Shown piece after piece: positions 10,387-23,379 of a stretch of DNA of 64,000 nucleotides. A program made the translations under genes and the position numbers. Below the pieces are notes generated by a model. The model saw only the letters and a program-made list of their open reading frames with translations, ran no database searches and was not told the origin of the DNA. Positions within the stretch are counted from its first letter, which is position 1. Every line of letters starts with the position of its first letter. The DNA is taken from assembly GCF_053078305.1 (NCBI RefSeq), contig NZ_CP166879.1; one strand, given 5' to 3'.

Positions 10387-12335
10387 GCAAGAAGGAGTTG
10401 AAACCCGAACTGCTAACAGTAGGCAAGCTATTCACGGACAATTATCTGATTCCTATTTATCAACGGAACTATGCTTGGCGGGCCGAACAGATTGAGCAAC
10501 TTATCAGCGATATTCAAGACTCGGTTGTTGGGGGCCAGGACGACTATTTTCTTGGAAACCTTGTTGTAATCAAGCGGGGTAGAGAGGACGAGTTCGAGGT
10601 CATAGATGGACAACAACGACTTACAACCCTCTATCTGCTTCTGACCTTCCTGGAGCAAGACGGTGAGGGTGGGAAGCCGTCGATTGGCCATGCAGGCCAC
10701 TTGCAATATGAGTCGCGTGCACGGGCAACGGAAGCCCTGCGGCGAGTAGCACAGGAGGCGGCTAAGGGGCACGTCCGACCGCAGGGCTCCACGAGTAATG
10801 CAGATGCTGGCATCCATGAAGGCTACAGCATCATCAATCAGTTCTTCAAACAAAATGAAACCCTTAATTGCTCACGCGAAAAATTCTCCGATTTCTTGCT
10901 AACGAAGGTTACTGTCGTCCGTGCCTCGCTGCCACCCAATACAGATCTCAATCGCTACTTCGAGATCATGAACACTCGTGGGCAGCAACTCAAGCAGGTT
11001 GATATTGTTAAGGCTCGCCTGATGAGCAAGCTGCCCAATCAATATGAACGCGAATGCTTCGCCTGGGTTTGGGATGCCTGTGCTGAGATGGATTCTTATG
11101 TCCAGATGTCTCTGACCCGTGGTGACACCAGTTTGCGAAACAAAGTATTTGGCGATGAATGGTCCTGGCTGGAGGTGACCAGCTTCGCGTCGTTAATGGA
11201 AAGTCGTCCGCAATCCGGCATCAATTCTTCAAGGCAATCCTCCGAAGGGGTATCGTTGTCCTTGGATGAGGCGTTGTCAAAATACGCTAAAGAGATCGAG
11301 TCAAATTCCACTGAAGACGAGGGCAACGAGCGGTTTCGTTCGACTATTGAGTTTCCGGCCTTTCTGCTACACGTTCTAAGAATTATGAAAGGCGATGAGG
11401 TCGAAGACGAAGGCCAGCTTGACGACAAACGCCTCATCAAGTCATTTGACGACGCTGTAAATAATGTACCCGATGCTAAAGCCGATTGGGTGCGTAACTT
11501 TACATTCATGCTCCTCAAGTGCCGCAACCTCTTCGATGGCTTCATTTTGAAGCGTCAATTCACGGCGAACATCGGTGACGATGGCGATTGGTCTCTCCAG
11601 CGATTGAAGAAAGGCGGCGCGGACAAGAAGCCAACCCCGACGTATATCCATGTTTTCTCGGCCAGCAATGGAAACTTAGAGGAGGACGGCGGTGCTGACC
11701 CACATACCCGAGATGTATTGCTGCTTCAGTCCATGCTTCGGATAACCTACACTTCTCCGCGAACGATGCACTGGATTACCAAAGTTCTTCGCTGGCTATC
11801 CGTCAAAGCCCCTCAAGACGCGAAACATGCGGATCTTGCCGATTTGTTGAAGGGGTATGCCCGCAGCAAGGTCAAAGAGACATTCCCCTTTGAGGAAGAT
11901 CAGCAACCACAAGGGTTTGGTATCAGCCGCATCGTCTTTTCGTATCTCGACTATCTTCTGTTGAGCGATTCCTCAAAACGAGATTTCAAATTTCAGTTCA
12001 GAACTTCCATTGAGCACTTTTATCCACAGCATCCGGACAAAGAACAGTCGGGCGCGGTTGTTTCAGGTTCTAGCCTTAACCTGCTTGGCAACCTTGCGCT
12101 CGTAAGCGTCAGCGCGAACTCAAAATTCAGCAATAGCCTTCCCAGAGCGAAGGCCGAAAACTTCAAGGATACGATTGAACTTCAAAGTCCCAAGCTCAAG
12201 AGAATGGCGGAAATCACTCGAAATACAAGCTGGGACGATCAGCAGATAACAGCTCATCATGAAGAGATGGTGACATTGCTTCGTGATGATGTAAGTCTGG
12301 TGGAGGCAAGCGGAAGATCCTACCCGGGGCGTTGA
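10383..12335 (+). CDS. DUF262-DUF1524 protein (GmrSD/SspE/BrxU-family type IV restriction endonuclease-like); accessory gene B
   Basis: 650 aa; N-terminal IPIYQRNYAW plus DGQQR (10605..10619) plus FEIMNTRGQQL; C-terminal His-Me finger motifs SIEHFYPQHP (12009..12038) and NLLGNLALVSVSANSKFSN (about 12072..12128). Confidence 0.85.
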   Translation: MSKKELKPELLTVGKLFTDNYLIPIYQRNYAWRAEQIEQLISDIQDSVVGGQDDYFLGNLVVIKRGREDEFEVIDGQQRLTTLYLLLTFLEQDGEGGKPSIGHAGHLQYESRARATEALRRVAQEAAKGHVRPQGSTSNADAGIHEGYSIINQFFKQNETLNCSREKFSDFLLTKVTVVRASLPPNTDLNRYFEIMNTRGQQLKQVDIVKARLMSKLPNQYERECFAWVWDACAEMDSYVQMSLTRGDTSLRNKVFGDEWSWLEVTSFASLMESRPQSGINSSRQSSEGVSLSLDEALSKYAKEIESNSTEDEGNERFRSTIEFPAFLLHVLRIMKGDEVEDEGQLDDKRLIKSFDDAVNNVPDAKADWVRNFTFMLLKCRNLFDGFILKRQFTANIGDDGDWSLQRLKKGGADKKPTPTYIHVFSASNGNLEEDGGADPHTRDVLLLQSMLRITYTSPRTMHWITKVLRWLSVKAPQDAKHADLADLLKGYARSKVKETFPFEEDQQPQGFGISRIVFSYLDYLLLSDSSKRDFKFQFRTSIEHFYPQHPDKEQSGAVVSGSSLNLLGNLALVSVSANSKFSNSLPRAKAENFKDTIELQSPKLKRMAEITRNTSWDDQQITAHHEEMVTLLRDDVSLVEASGRSYPGR

Positions 12336-12553
12336 CTTCTTTGAATAACCGCTTTTGGACGAATGTCCCTTGTGGAGTGCAAGTTGTCAGTTTAAAAGTG
12401 TTTTGCGTCGGGCGACACGATCAGTACAGCTCCCAGGTTTTTTTACCATGGTATTTTGTGTGGTATCGACATGCAAAGATAATGCTATTTTGTTGATTTT
12501 ATAGTGTTTTAAGGCGGCATTGATCATCGAGTGGGAATAAACCCTGTACATAT

Positions 12554-12594
12554 TGCTGAAGTTTTCTTTTCGGATAAAACTTCAGCAGATTTTC
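12554..12594 (+). terminator. perfect 12-bp-stem hairpin downstream of the accessory operon
   Basis: tgctgaagtttt (12554..12565) is the exact reverse complement of aaaacttcagca (12576..12587), 10-nt loop, then GATTTTC; a T8 run follows at 12622..12629. Confidence 0.45.
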
Positions 12595-12686
12595 ACAGCA
12601 AACCCCTCTTATCTCTGGAGGTTTTTTTTACGCAAATTAAAAACCCATAACTCTCACGAATCATGGGCTTTGTGGTAGAAAGACGA

Positions 12687-13226
12687 TTAATTAAACCAAC
12701 CGTCCGATTTATTCTCTTCTGCTTTACCCACGCTTTTCATCAAATCGCGACCGCCTTCTGTCACATTTCTGTTAGCGTCAGCTTCAGATTGCACGACATC
12801 AGTTTGCGCGGCTTTGTGCTTCAGCTCCTGGTCGATAAACTCGTTCTCTCGCTTAACGCGGGCTTCTTCTTTCGCCAGCGCCAGCTTTTGTTTCTGAATC
12901 TCTAAGCTGCGCAGCTCATCTTCATAACTTTGATCGCGTTTTTTATCCGCGGTGGCTTCGGCGTCCAGTTTATCCTGACGAGCTTTCTTATCCGCTGCTG
13001 CTGCCGCCGCTCTTTTGTTAGCGGCGGCCTGGGCATTTGCGCGACGTTGCTTCTCTTGCTGGATTTCCCTGTTGCGCTCCGCGACCCATTCGTCATGCTG
13101 CCTTTGCTCTTCATTTTTACCTTGCTGTTCCGCTTCTGCGACAGCAGAGAGTTGATCCTGCAATGATGAGGCGATAGCCGGATAGCTTAAGGAGACCAAG
13201 ATGGCGCAAAGAAAAACTTTCTTCAT
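12687..13226 (-). CDS. yfgI: YfgI, secreted coiled-coil protein
   Basis: 179 aa, signal peptide, K/E/Q-rich; recognised as YfgI. Confidence 0.9.
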   Translation of the reverse strand: MKKVFLCAILVSLSYPAIASSLQDQLSAVAEAEQQGKNEEQRQHDEWVAERNREIQQEKQRRANAQAAANKRAAAAAADKKARQDKLDAEATADKKRDQSYEDELRSLEIQKQKLALAKEEARVKRENEFIDQELKHKAAQTDVVQSEADANRNVTEGGRDLMKSVGKAEENKSDGWFN

Positions 13227-13241
13227 GACTCCTCCTGATTA

Positions 13242-13760
13242 TTAGCTCTTTTCAGGACATTTGGTATTTGGCTGAATACGCGTTTCGTTATACGTCGTGG
13301 TAATAACAACGGCTAAACCTGTCGTAAACTGGCACTCTTTACCCACCTGAGTAGAGGTATACACTTTGGTGCCTTCCTTATACGTTAAAGAAACACCTTC
13401 CACTAAGGTTTTATCATTCACCATAGAACCCGCTGCCGCGCCTACAGCTCCGCCGCCAACTGCACCTGCCGTCGTTCCGGAATTGCTGCCAGACCCGACG
13501 TTGTGGCCGATAACACCGCCAGCGACTGCGCCAATAAGCGCGCCGAAGGCTTGTGCGTTCCGTTTATTTTGGGAGTTGTCTACGGCAACTTTTGCGGGAA
13601 GAATGGAAATAATATTAACGGTTTTAGTTTCTTGTTTGGTATTCAGTTGATCGGTTTGATAAACATCGGCGGCATGATCGTCAGCATTTGACTGGCATCC
13701 TGCCAGAGTGAATGACGCTAACATTGCCACAGGCAGAAGACATTTTTTAAATTTCATCAC
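13242..13760 (-). CDS. yfgH: YfgH, glycine-zipper outer-membrane lipoprotein
   Basis: Lipobox LAGCQ, Gly-rich GALIGAVAGGVIGHNVGSG segment; start may be the ATG at 13757 rather than the GTG at 13760. Confidence 0.9.
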   Translation of the reverse strand: MMKFKKCLLPVAMLASFTLAGCQSNADDHAADVYQTDQLNTKQETKTVNIISILPAKVAVDNSQNKRNAQAFGALIGAVAGGVIGHNVGSGSNSGTTAGAVGGGAVGAAAGSMVNDKTLVEGVSLTYKEGTKVYTSTQVGKECQFTTGLAVVITTTYNETRIQPNTKCPEKS

Positions 13761-14059
13761 TATTCCTTGTTATACACATTACGAAAAATAAGACATTTAA
13801 GATCATCAAAAGAGGAAAGTAAATGTATTGCGTATAAAGGGATAGATTAAATTTATTAAAATTCACGTGGGGAATAATTTATGAAAACACATCATTACAA
13901 CATATATATTAATTTTGCAGCCAAACAGGATAAACATCAGTCAGGACAAAGACGTAAAATTTAAGATGAAAGAATATCTGCCGCTTTGATAATTCCAAAG
14001 AGCAAAAGCATCCGACAGCGAAGCGCCGTTATGTTCTGTGAAAGTGGAGAAGGTAACCG

Positions 14060-14251
14060 CTAACGTTGTACCGGTGATTCGACGGAGAGTGTGGATTGCT
14101 GAGCTTCTTTTTTGCTCTGATGGTGCTGCCAGGCACCGACGGACGAGTAGATAAAACGGCCAAAGAAGAAGATAAAGCTGATGAGCAGTACGATACGGGT
14201 CATGCGACTGTTAAATCGGTGTCGTTTTCGCATACTGGTTGCCTGACTCAC
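14060..14251 (-). CDS. yfgG: YfgG, small membrane protein
   Basis: 63 aa from GTG (57 aa from the internal ATG at 14233), one hydrophobic helix; recognised as YfgG. Confidence 0.7.
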   Translation of the reverse strand: MSQATSMRKRHRFNSRMTRIVLLISFIFFFGRFIYSSVGAWQHHQSKKEAQQSTLSVESPVQR

Positions 14252-14461
14252 AAAAGGTTCCTTGAAGTATGTCCCACGCTGTGGACGGTACTTACATTAA
14301 GGCACAACAGGACAAAATGGTCAATTCTTCGTTATGTAAAAAAGCGTCAGTGGATACATATTTTAATGTTATGGAAGTTAATTTAATTATTTACAATGAT
14401 GATGTAATAATGATGAATTAACATGATAAACGTAATAATTCATTAATCAGGGTTATTTTGT

Positions 14462-14475
14462 TTGATATATATCAA
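14462..14475 (+). promoter_or_regulatory. consensus FNR/CRP-family box upstream of pdeF
   Basis: TTGATATATATCAA is a perfect TTGAT-N4-ATCAA palindrome; TAGAAT -10-like hexamer at 14497..14502. Confidence 0.55.
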
Positions 14476-14602
14476 TTGGAACTTTCATATGACACTTAGA
14501 ATCAATGCTCTCTATAGTGATGAATAATCATCATTCGAAGTCAGGTGGGATGCCTGTCTGAATACACCTCCTTCAGGATGTGGGGGATTCTGCTGAGCAT
14601 CT

Positions 14603-16846
14603 ATGAAACTGAATGCAACTTATATAAAAATACGTGATAAATGGTGGGGGCTTCCGCTGTTCCTGCCTTCTTTAATCTTGCCCATTTTCGCCCACATTAA
14701 TACTTTCGCGCATATTTCTTCCGGTGAGGTTTTTCTCTTTTATCTGCCTTTGGCACTGATGATCAGCATGATGATGTTTTTCAGCTGGGCGGCATTGCCA
14801 GGGATCGCCTTAGGGATTTTTGTCCGCAAATATGCAGAGCTTGGTTTTTACGAAACGCTCTCATTAACGGCTAATTTTATTATCATTATCATTCTCTGTT
14901 GGGGCGGTTACAGGGTCTTTACTCCCCGCCGTAACAACGTTTCACATGGTGATACCCGTTTAATTTCCCAGCGTATATTCTGGCAGATTGTGTTTCCTGC
15001 AACGCTGTTTCTGATACTTTTCCAGTTTGCTGCGTTTGTAGGATTACTGGCGAGCAGAGAAAATCTGGTCGGCGTCATGCCTTTTAACCTCGGGACCTTA
15101 ATCAATTATCAGGCCTTACTGGTGGGTAATCTGATCGGTGTCCCGCTGTGCTACTTCATCATTCGGGTAGTGCGAAATCCATTTTATTTACGTAGCTATT
15201 ATTCGCAATTAAAACAGCAGGTTGATGTCAAAGTCACCAAAAAAGAGTTCGCACTCTGGCTACTGGCATTAGGTGCTTTACTGTTGCTGTTATGCATGCC
15301 GTTAAATGAAAAAAGCACAATTTTTAGCACCAATTATACCTTGTCATTATTGCTGCCCCTGATGATGTGGGGAGCGATGCGCTATGGTTATAAGCTGATT
15401 TCGCTGCTCTGGGCGGTCGTGTTGATGATCAGCATCCACAGCTATCAAAATTACATTCCCATTTATCCTGGCTATACCACGCAGCTGACCATAACCTCCT
15501 CCAGTTATCTGGTATTCTCTTTTATTGTCAATTATATGGCTGTACTGGCAACCCGTCAGAGAACGGTAGTCAGACGCATTCAGCGGCTTGCGTATGTGGA
15601 CCCGGTGGTTCATCTGCCAAATGTTCGCGCCCTGAATCGCGCGTTGCGTGATGCCCCCTGGTCTGCGCTTTGTTATTTACGCATCCCTGGCATGGAAATG
15701 CTGGTTAAGAACTATGGCATCATGCTGCGGATTCAATACAAGCAAAAACTTTCTCACTGGCTGTCACCCTTGCTGGAACCGGGTGAAGATGTTTATCAGC
15801 TTTCGGGTAACGATCTCGCGCTGCGACTGAATACAGAATCGCACCAGGAGCGCATTGCCGCACTGGATAGCCATCTCAAGCAATTTCGTTTCTTTTGGGA
15901 TGGCATGCCGATGCAACCGCAGATTGGCGTCAGTTACTGCTATGTGCGCTCGCCAGTGAATCATATCTACCTGCTGCTGGGAGAGCTAAATACGGTCGCC
16001 GAACTTTCCATCGTGACCAACGCCCCGGAAAATATGCAGCGTCGCGGGGCAATGTATTTGCAACGCGAATTGAAAGATAAAGTCGCGATGATGAATCGAC
16101 TACAGCAGGCGCTGGAACACAACCATTTTTTCCTGATGGCCCAGCCGATTACCGGTATGCGTGGTGATGTTTACCATGAAATTCTTCTGCGCATGAAAGG
16201 TGAGAATGATGAACTGATCGGCCCCGATAGCTTCTTGCCGGTCGCGCACGAATTTGGTTTATCGTCGAGTATCGACATGTGGGTCATTGAGCATACGCTG
16301 CAATTTATGGCTGAAAACAGAGCGAAGATGCCCGCTCACCGTTTTGCTATTAATCTGTCTCCAACCTCGGTATGTCAGGCTCGTTTTCCTGTTGAAGTCA
16401 GTCAGTTGCTGGATAAATATCAGATTGAAGCGTGGCAACTTATTTTTGAAGTCACCGAAAGTAATGCTCTGACCAATGTTAAGCAGGCGCAAATCACCTT
16501 GCAGCATCTTCAGGAATTAGGCTGCCAGATTGCGATTGATGATTTCGGCACCGGCTACGCCAGCTATGCGCGGCTTAAAAATGTGAATGCCGATCTGCTT
16601 AAAATTGACGGCAGTTTTATCCGCAATATTGTGTCAAATAGTCTGGATTATCAGATAGTGGCATCGATTTGCCACCTGGCGCGAATGAAGAAAATGCGGG
16701 TAGTGGCAGAGTACGTTGAAAACGAAGAGATCCGCGAGGCGGTGCTCTCTTTGGGGATCGATTATATGCAGGGTTATCTTATTGGTAAGCCGCAGCCGTT
16801 AATTGATACGTTGAATGAAATCGAACCCATTCGCGAAAGTGCCTGA
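14603..16846 (+). CDS. pdeF: c-di-GMP phosphodiesterase PdeF (MASE1 - degenerate GGDEF - EAL)
   Basis: 747 aa, multi-TM N-terminus, C-terminal EAL domain; recognised as YfgF/PdeF. Confidence 0.93.
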   Translation: MKLNATYIKIRDKWWGLPLFLPSLILPIFAHINTFAHISSGEVFLFYLPLALMISMMMFFSWAALPGIALGIFVRKYAELGFYETLSLTANFIIIIILCWGGYRVFTPRRNNVSHGDTRLISQRIFWQIVFPATLFLILFQFAAFVGLLASRENLVGVMPFNLGTLINYQALLVGNLIGVPLCYFIIRVVRNPFYLRSYYSQLKQQVDVKVTKKEFALWLLALGALLLLLCMPLNEKSTIFSTNYTLSLLLPLMMWGAMRYGYKLISLLWAVVLMISIHSYQNYIPIYPGYTTQLTITSSSYLVFSFIVNYMAVLATRQRTVVRRIQRLAYVDPVVHLPNVRALNRALRDAPWSALCYLRIPGMEMLVKNYGIMLRIQYKQKLSHWLSPLLEPGEDVYQLSGNDLALRLNTESHQERIAALDSHLKQFRFFWDGMPMQPQIGVSYCYVRSPVNHIYLLLGELNTVAELSIVTNAPENMQRRGAMYLQRELKDKVAMMNRLQQALEHNHFFLMAQPITGMRGDVYHEILLRMKGENDELIGPDSFLPVAHEFGLSSSIDMWVIEHTLQFMAENRAKMPAHRFAINLSPTSVCQARFPVEVSQLLDKYQIEAWQLIFEVTESNALTNVKQAQITLQHLQELGCQIAIDDFGTGYASYARLKNVNADLLKIDGSFIRNIVSNSLDYQIVASICHLARMKKMRVVAEYVENEEIREAVLSLGIDYMQGYLIGKPQPLIDTLNEIEPIRESA

Positions 16847-16851
16847 ATAAT

Positions 16852-16878
16852 GCGGGCCGACATTTCTCGTCGGCCCGC
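16852..16878. terminator. bidirectional hairpin between convergent pdeF and ppx
   Basis: gcgggccgac (16852..16861) / gtcggcccgc (16869..16878) perfect 10-bp stem, 7-nt loop. Confidence 0.55.
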
Positions 16879-16884
16879 AAAGCA

Positions 16885-20497
<3,613 letters not shown>

Positions 20498-20625
20498 TAC
20501 CACTTTTACTCCGTTTTATTCACGGGACACTGCCTGGATATTATGGCGAGCAATATTGGCAGATGTCCAACTATGCCAGAAAAGGGGGAAAAAAACTGCT
20601 GGAGCTTGCGATTTACAGGTGAATT

Positions 20626-20656
20626 GAAAAACGCCAGCGGCAGAGCTGGCGCTTTA
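20626..20656 (-). terminator. rho-independent terminator after purN
   Basis: Minus strand reads AAAGCGCCAGCUCUGCCGCUGGCGUUUUU. Confidence 0.6.
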
Positions 20657-20667
20657 ACTACGGGGCA

Positions 20668-21305
20668 TTACTCGTCGGCAGCGTAGCCCTGCGGCGGCAG
20701 ACGTTGACCATCCAGCCACGCGGCGTTTTCGTGCATTTTCAGACGACCATCGGCAAACCAGCTAATCACCAGTGGATAAATGGCGTGTTCCTGGGTTTGC
20801 ACGCGGGCGGTGACGTCATCTTCCGTATCACCAGCAAATACCGGGACTTTCGCCTGTAAAATAACCGGGCCACCGTCCAGTTCATCGGTGACGAAATGCA
20901 CCGATGTACCGTGCTCTTCATCACCATTTTCCAGCGCCTGACGATGGGTGTGTAATCCGGGATATTTCGGCAGCAGAGAAGGGTGAATGTTCAGCAAACG
21001 CCCGGCATAGTGGGAGACAAACGCCGGGCTGAGAATGCGCATAAAACCAGCCAGCACGACCACATCGGGTGCGTACATGTCGATTTCATGAATCAACTCC
21101 CGGTCATAGGCTTCACGACTGTCAAACGCGCTGGCGATGAGCGTATGCGTTGCAATACCCGCCTGGCGGGCGCGTTCAAGGCCGAACGCGTCGGCCTTAT
21201 TGCTGAAAACTGCCCGTACGGTGCCTTTAATTTTGTTGGTTTTACAGGCGTCAATAATTGCCTGCAAATTACTTCCGTTGCCGGAAATAAGCACCACAAT
21301 ATTCA

Positions 21306-21306
<1 letters not shown>
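20668..21306 (-). CDS. purN: phosphoribosylglycinamide formyltransferase 1
   Basis: 212 aa, recognised as PurN; overlaps the purM stop. Confidence 0.95.
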
Positions 21307-22361
<1,055 letters not shown>

Positions 22362-22406
22362 TTACTTGCGGTAGAAAAATAAAATTCGGCGCAATTCTAA
22401 CAGGGA

Positions 22407-22422
22407 AAGCAAACGTTTGCGA
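22407..22422 (-). promoter_or_regulatory. PurR operator (pur box) of purMN
   Basis: Minus strand reads TCGCAAACGTTTGCTT, near-perfect ACGCAAACGTTTTCNT-type palindrome, about 70 bp upstream of the purM start. Confidence 0.75.
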
Positions 22423-22597
22423 GACTGCTTTACACAACCTTTTTGCACGTCTTTTCCCCAGGCGCGCGGCGAAAGAAGATTTGTGCCAGGGCAAAGGTTA
22501 GTTTTCGGATGGAATAATCTTCTTTCATAACCATTTGAATATAAAATAACTTTATCTCAAACCGTTATCATTTTGACTAAAGTCAACGAAAATAATA

Positions 22598-22640
22598 TTG
22601 CCGCCTTGAAGAAAGGAGGTATAATCCGTCGATTTTTTTT
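22598..22640 (+). promoter_or_regulatory. upp promoter and T-tract initially-transcribed region
   Basis: -35 TTGCCG (22598..22603), 16-bp spacer, -10 TATAAT (22620..22625), then CCGTCGATTTTTTTTG with T8 at 22633..22640; ATG at 22668. Confidence 0.7.
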
Positions 22641-22667
22641 GTGGCTGCCCCTCAAAGGAGAAAGAGT

Positions 22668-23294
22668 ATGAAGATCGTGGAAGTCAAACACCCACTCGTC
22701 AAACACAAGCTGGGACTGATGCGTGAGCAAGATATCAGCACCAAGCGCTTTCGCGAACTCGCTTCCGAAGTGGGTAGCCTGCTGACTTACGAAGCGACCG
22801 CCGACCTCGAAACGGAAAAAGTAACTATCGAAGGCTGGAACGGCCCGGTAGAAATCGACCAGATCAAAGGTAAGAAAATTACCGTTGTGCCAATTCTGCG
22901 TGCGGGTCTGGGGATGATGGACGGTGTGCTGGAAAACGTTCCGAGCGCGCGCATCAGCGTTGTCGGTATGTACCGTAATGAAGAAACGCTGGAGCCGGTA
23001 CCGTACTTCCAGAAACTGGTTTCTAACATCGATGAGCGTATGGCGCTGATCGTTGACCCAATGCTGGCAACCGGTGGTTCCGTTATCGCGACCATCGACC
23101 TGCTGAAAAAAGCGGGCTGCAGCAGCATCAAAGTTCTGGTGCTGGTAGCTGCACCAGAAGGTATCGCTGCGCTGGAAAAAGCGCATCCGGACGTCGAACT
23201 GTATACCGCATCGATTGACCAGGGACTGAACGAGCACGGATACATTATTCCGGGCCTCGGCGATGCCGGTGACAAAATCTTTGGTACGAAATAA
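22668..23294 (+). CDS. upp: uracil phosphoribosyltransferase
   Basis: 208 aa from ATG 22668 ([21 protein letters not shown]...). Confidence 0.96.
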
Positions 23295-23311
23295 AGAATA
23301 AAAATAATTAA

Positions 23312-23339
23312 AGCCGACTTTAAGAGTCGGCTTTTTTTT
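23312..23339 (+). terminator. rho-independent terminator/attenuator between upp and uraA
   Basis: agccgact ttaag agtcggc followed by T8. Confidence 0.7.
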
Positions 23340-23379
23340 GAGTAAAGCGCCTATAACACATAATACAGAGGATAATACT

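Noticed and set aside
8722-12686. Mobile-element signatures (integrase, transposase, tRNA attachment site, IS inverted repeats) around the accessory cassette
   Set aside because: None found: no extra ORFs, no tRNA and no long terminal inverted repeats, only short direct repeats (reported as a finding). The cassette is therefore not called a mobile_element.
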